64,000 bases of DNA from an uncultured delta proteobacterium (GTDB lineage: Bacteria > Desulfobacterota > Syntrophobacteria > Syntrophobacterales > Syntrophobacteraceae), in contig CAWDTD010000014.1 of the NCBI GenBank assembly GCA_963805125.1, forward strand, positions 78,476 through 142,475, given 5' to 3'. Every line of letters begins with the position of its first letter. Positions within the stretch are counted from its first letter, which is position 1. This document shows, piece after piece, positions 63,792-64,000 of the stretch. A program made the position numbers and the translations under genes. The notes under the pieces are model-generated. The model worked only from the letters and a program-made list of their open reading frames with translations, was not told where the DNA came from and did no database searches.

Positions 63792-64000
63792 CTACTGATC
63801 TTCCTCATAAACGTTGGCAATGCAACATAAAAAGGTGCAGTCTTCATGGTCGCTCGGATTGACAAAACCATGTGGTTCCATAGTTGGAATGAAGACTAAA
63901 TCATTCGGTCCAATAGGCGTTTCATCGATTTTCCGGTCAGTTTCTGAGTCATACGAATAAGCTATCAGCTTACCGTTAAGGATATACATAGTCTGATAAT
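63792..64000 (-). CDS. Cupin-domain protein, C-terminal part (5' end outside window)
   Basis: The open frame runs to the window edge. GPNDLVFIPTMEPHGFVN is a cupin motif-2-like segment. Confidence 0.55.
   Translation of the reverse strand, partial: YQTMYILNGKLIAYSYDSETDRKIDETPIGPNDLVFIPTMEPHGFVNPSDHEDCTFLCCIANVYEEDQ

Overview
GC-rich bacterial chromosome segment. The gene content points to a strictly anaerobic, Desulfobacterota-like organism (inference only): nifH-nifI1-nifI2-nifDK-fdx-nifENB, hypABFDE, desulfoferrodoxin, quinol-type NO reductase, CbiX/CbiMNQO/CbiL/CobT/CobS and a sigma-54 regulator. Order along the window: (1) a CpxRA-like two-component pair with a convergent His-rich CpxP/Spy-family gene; (2) a J-domain gene, an orphan frameshifted fliD and a TPR-glycosyltransferase; (3) a qNOR plus PNPOx-like operon; (4) a cobalamin riboswitch followed by cbiX-cbiM-cbiN-cbiQO-cbiL; (5) a decayed hicBA pair, a hydrolase and a first islet, which has toxin-antitoxin remnants, tRNA-T-arm-like fragments, an att-like module and an AT-rich two-gene cassette; (6) a second cobalamin riboswitch followed by a B12-radical-SAM::CbiR-like fusion gene, cobT and cobS; (7) hypA-B-F-D-E plus a radical SAM gene; (8) a 2-kb mosaic of repeats and gene fragments; (9) a TPR protein, MlaC and a small Cys-rich secreted protein; (10) the nif cluster, ending in a frameshifted nifB and a triply disrupted nifA-like gene; (11) an aldehyde dehydrogenase; (12) a second islet with the same architecture as the first, followed by a degenerate IS1380-like element; (13) small zinc-ribbon and redox genes including dfx; (14) a decayed Y1-transposase gene, a LacI regulator, a 3-hydroxyacyl-CoA dehydrogenase and a partial cupin gene. 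Two things stand out overall. At least six MITE families are present, several with copies inserted exactly at stop codons or inside operons. There is also an unusually high load of frameshifted, truncated or nonsense-bearing genes. No rRNA gene, complete tRNA gene or CRISPR array was found. The most promising candidates for undescribed biology are the riboswitch-controlled B12-rSAM::CbiR-like fusion, the repeat-flanked AT-rich two-gene cassette, and the paired att-like modules that define two cargo islets.
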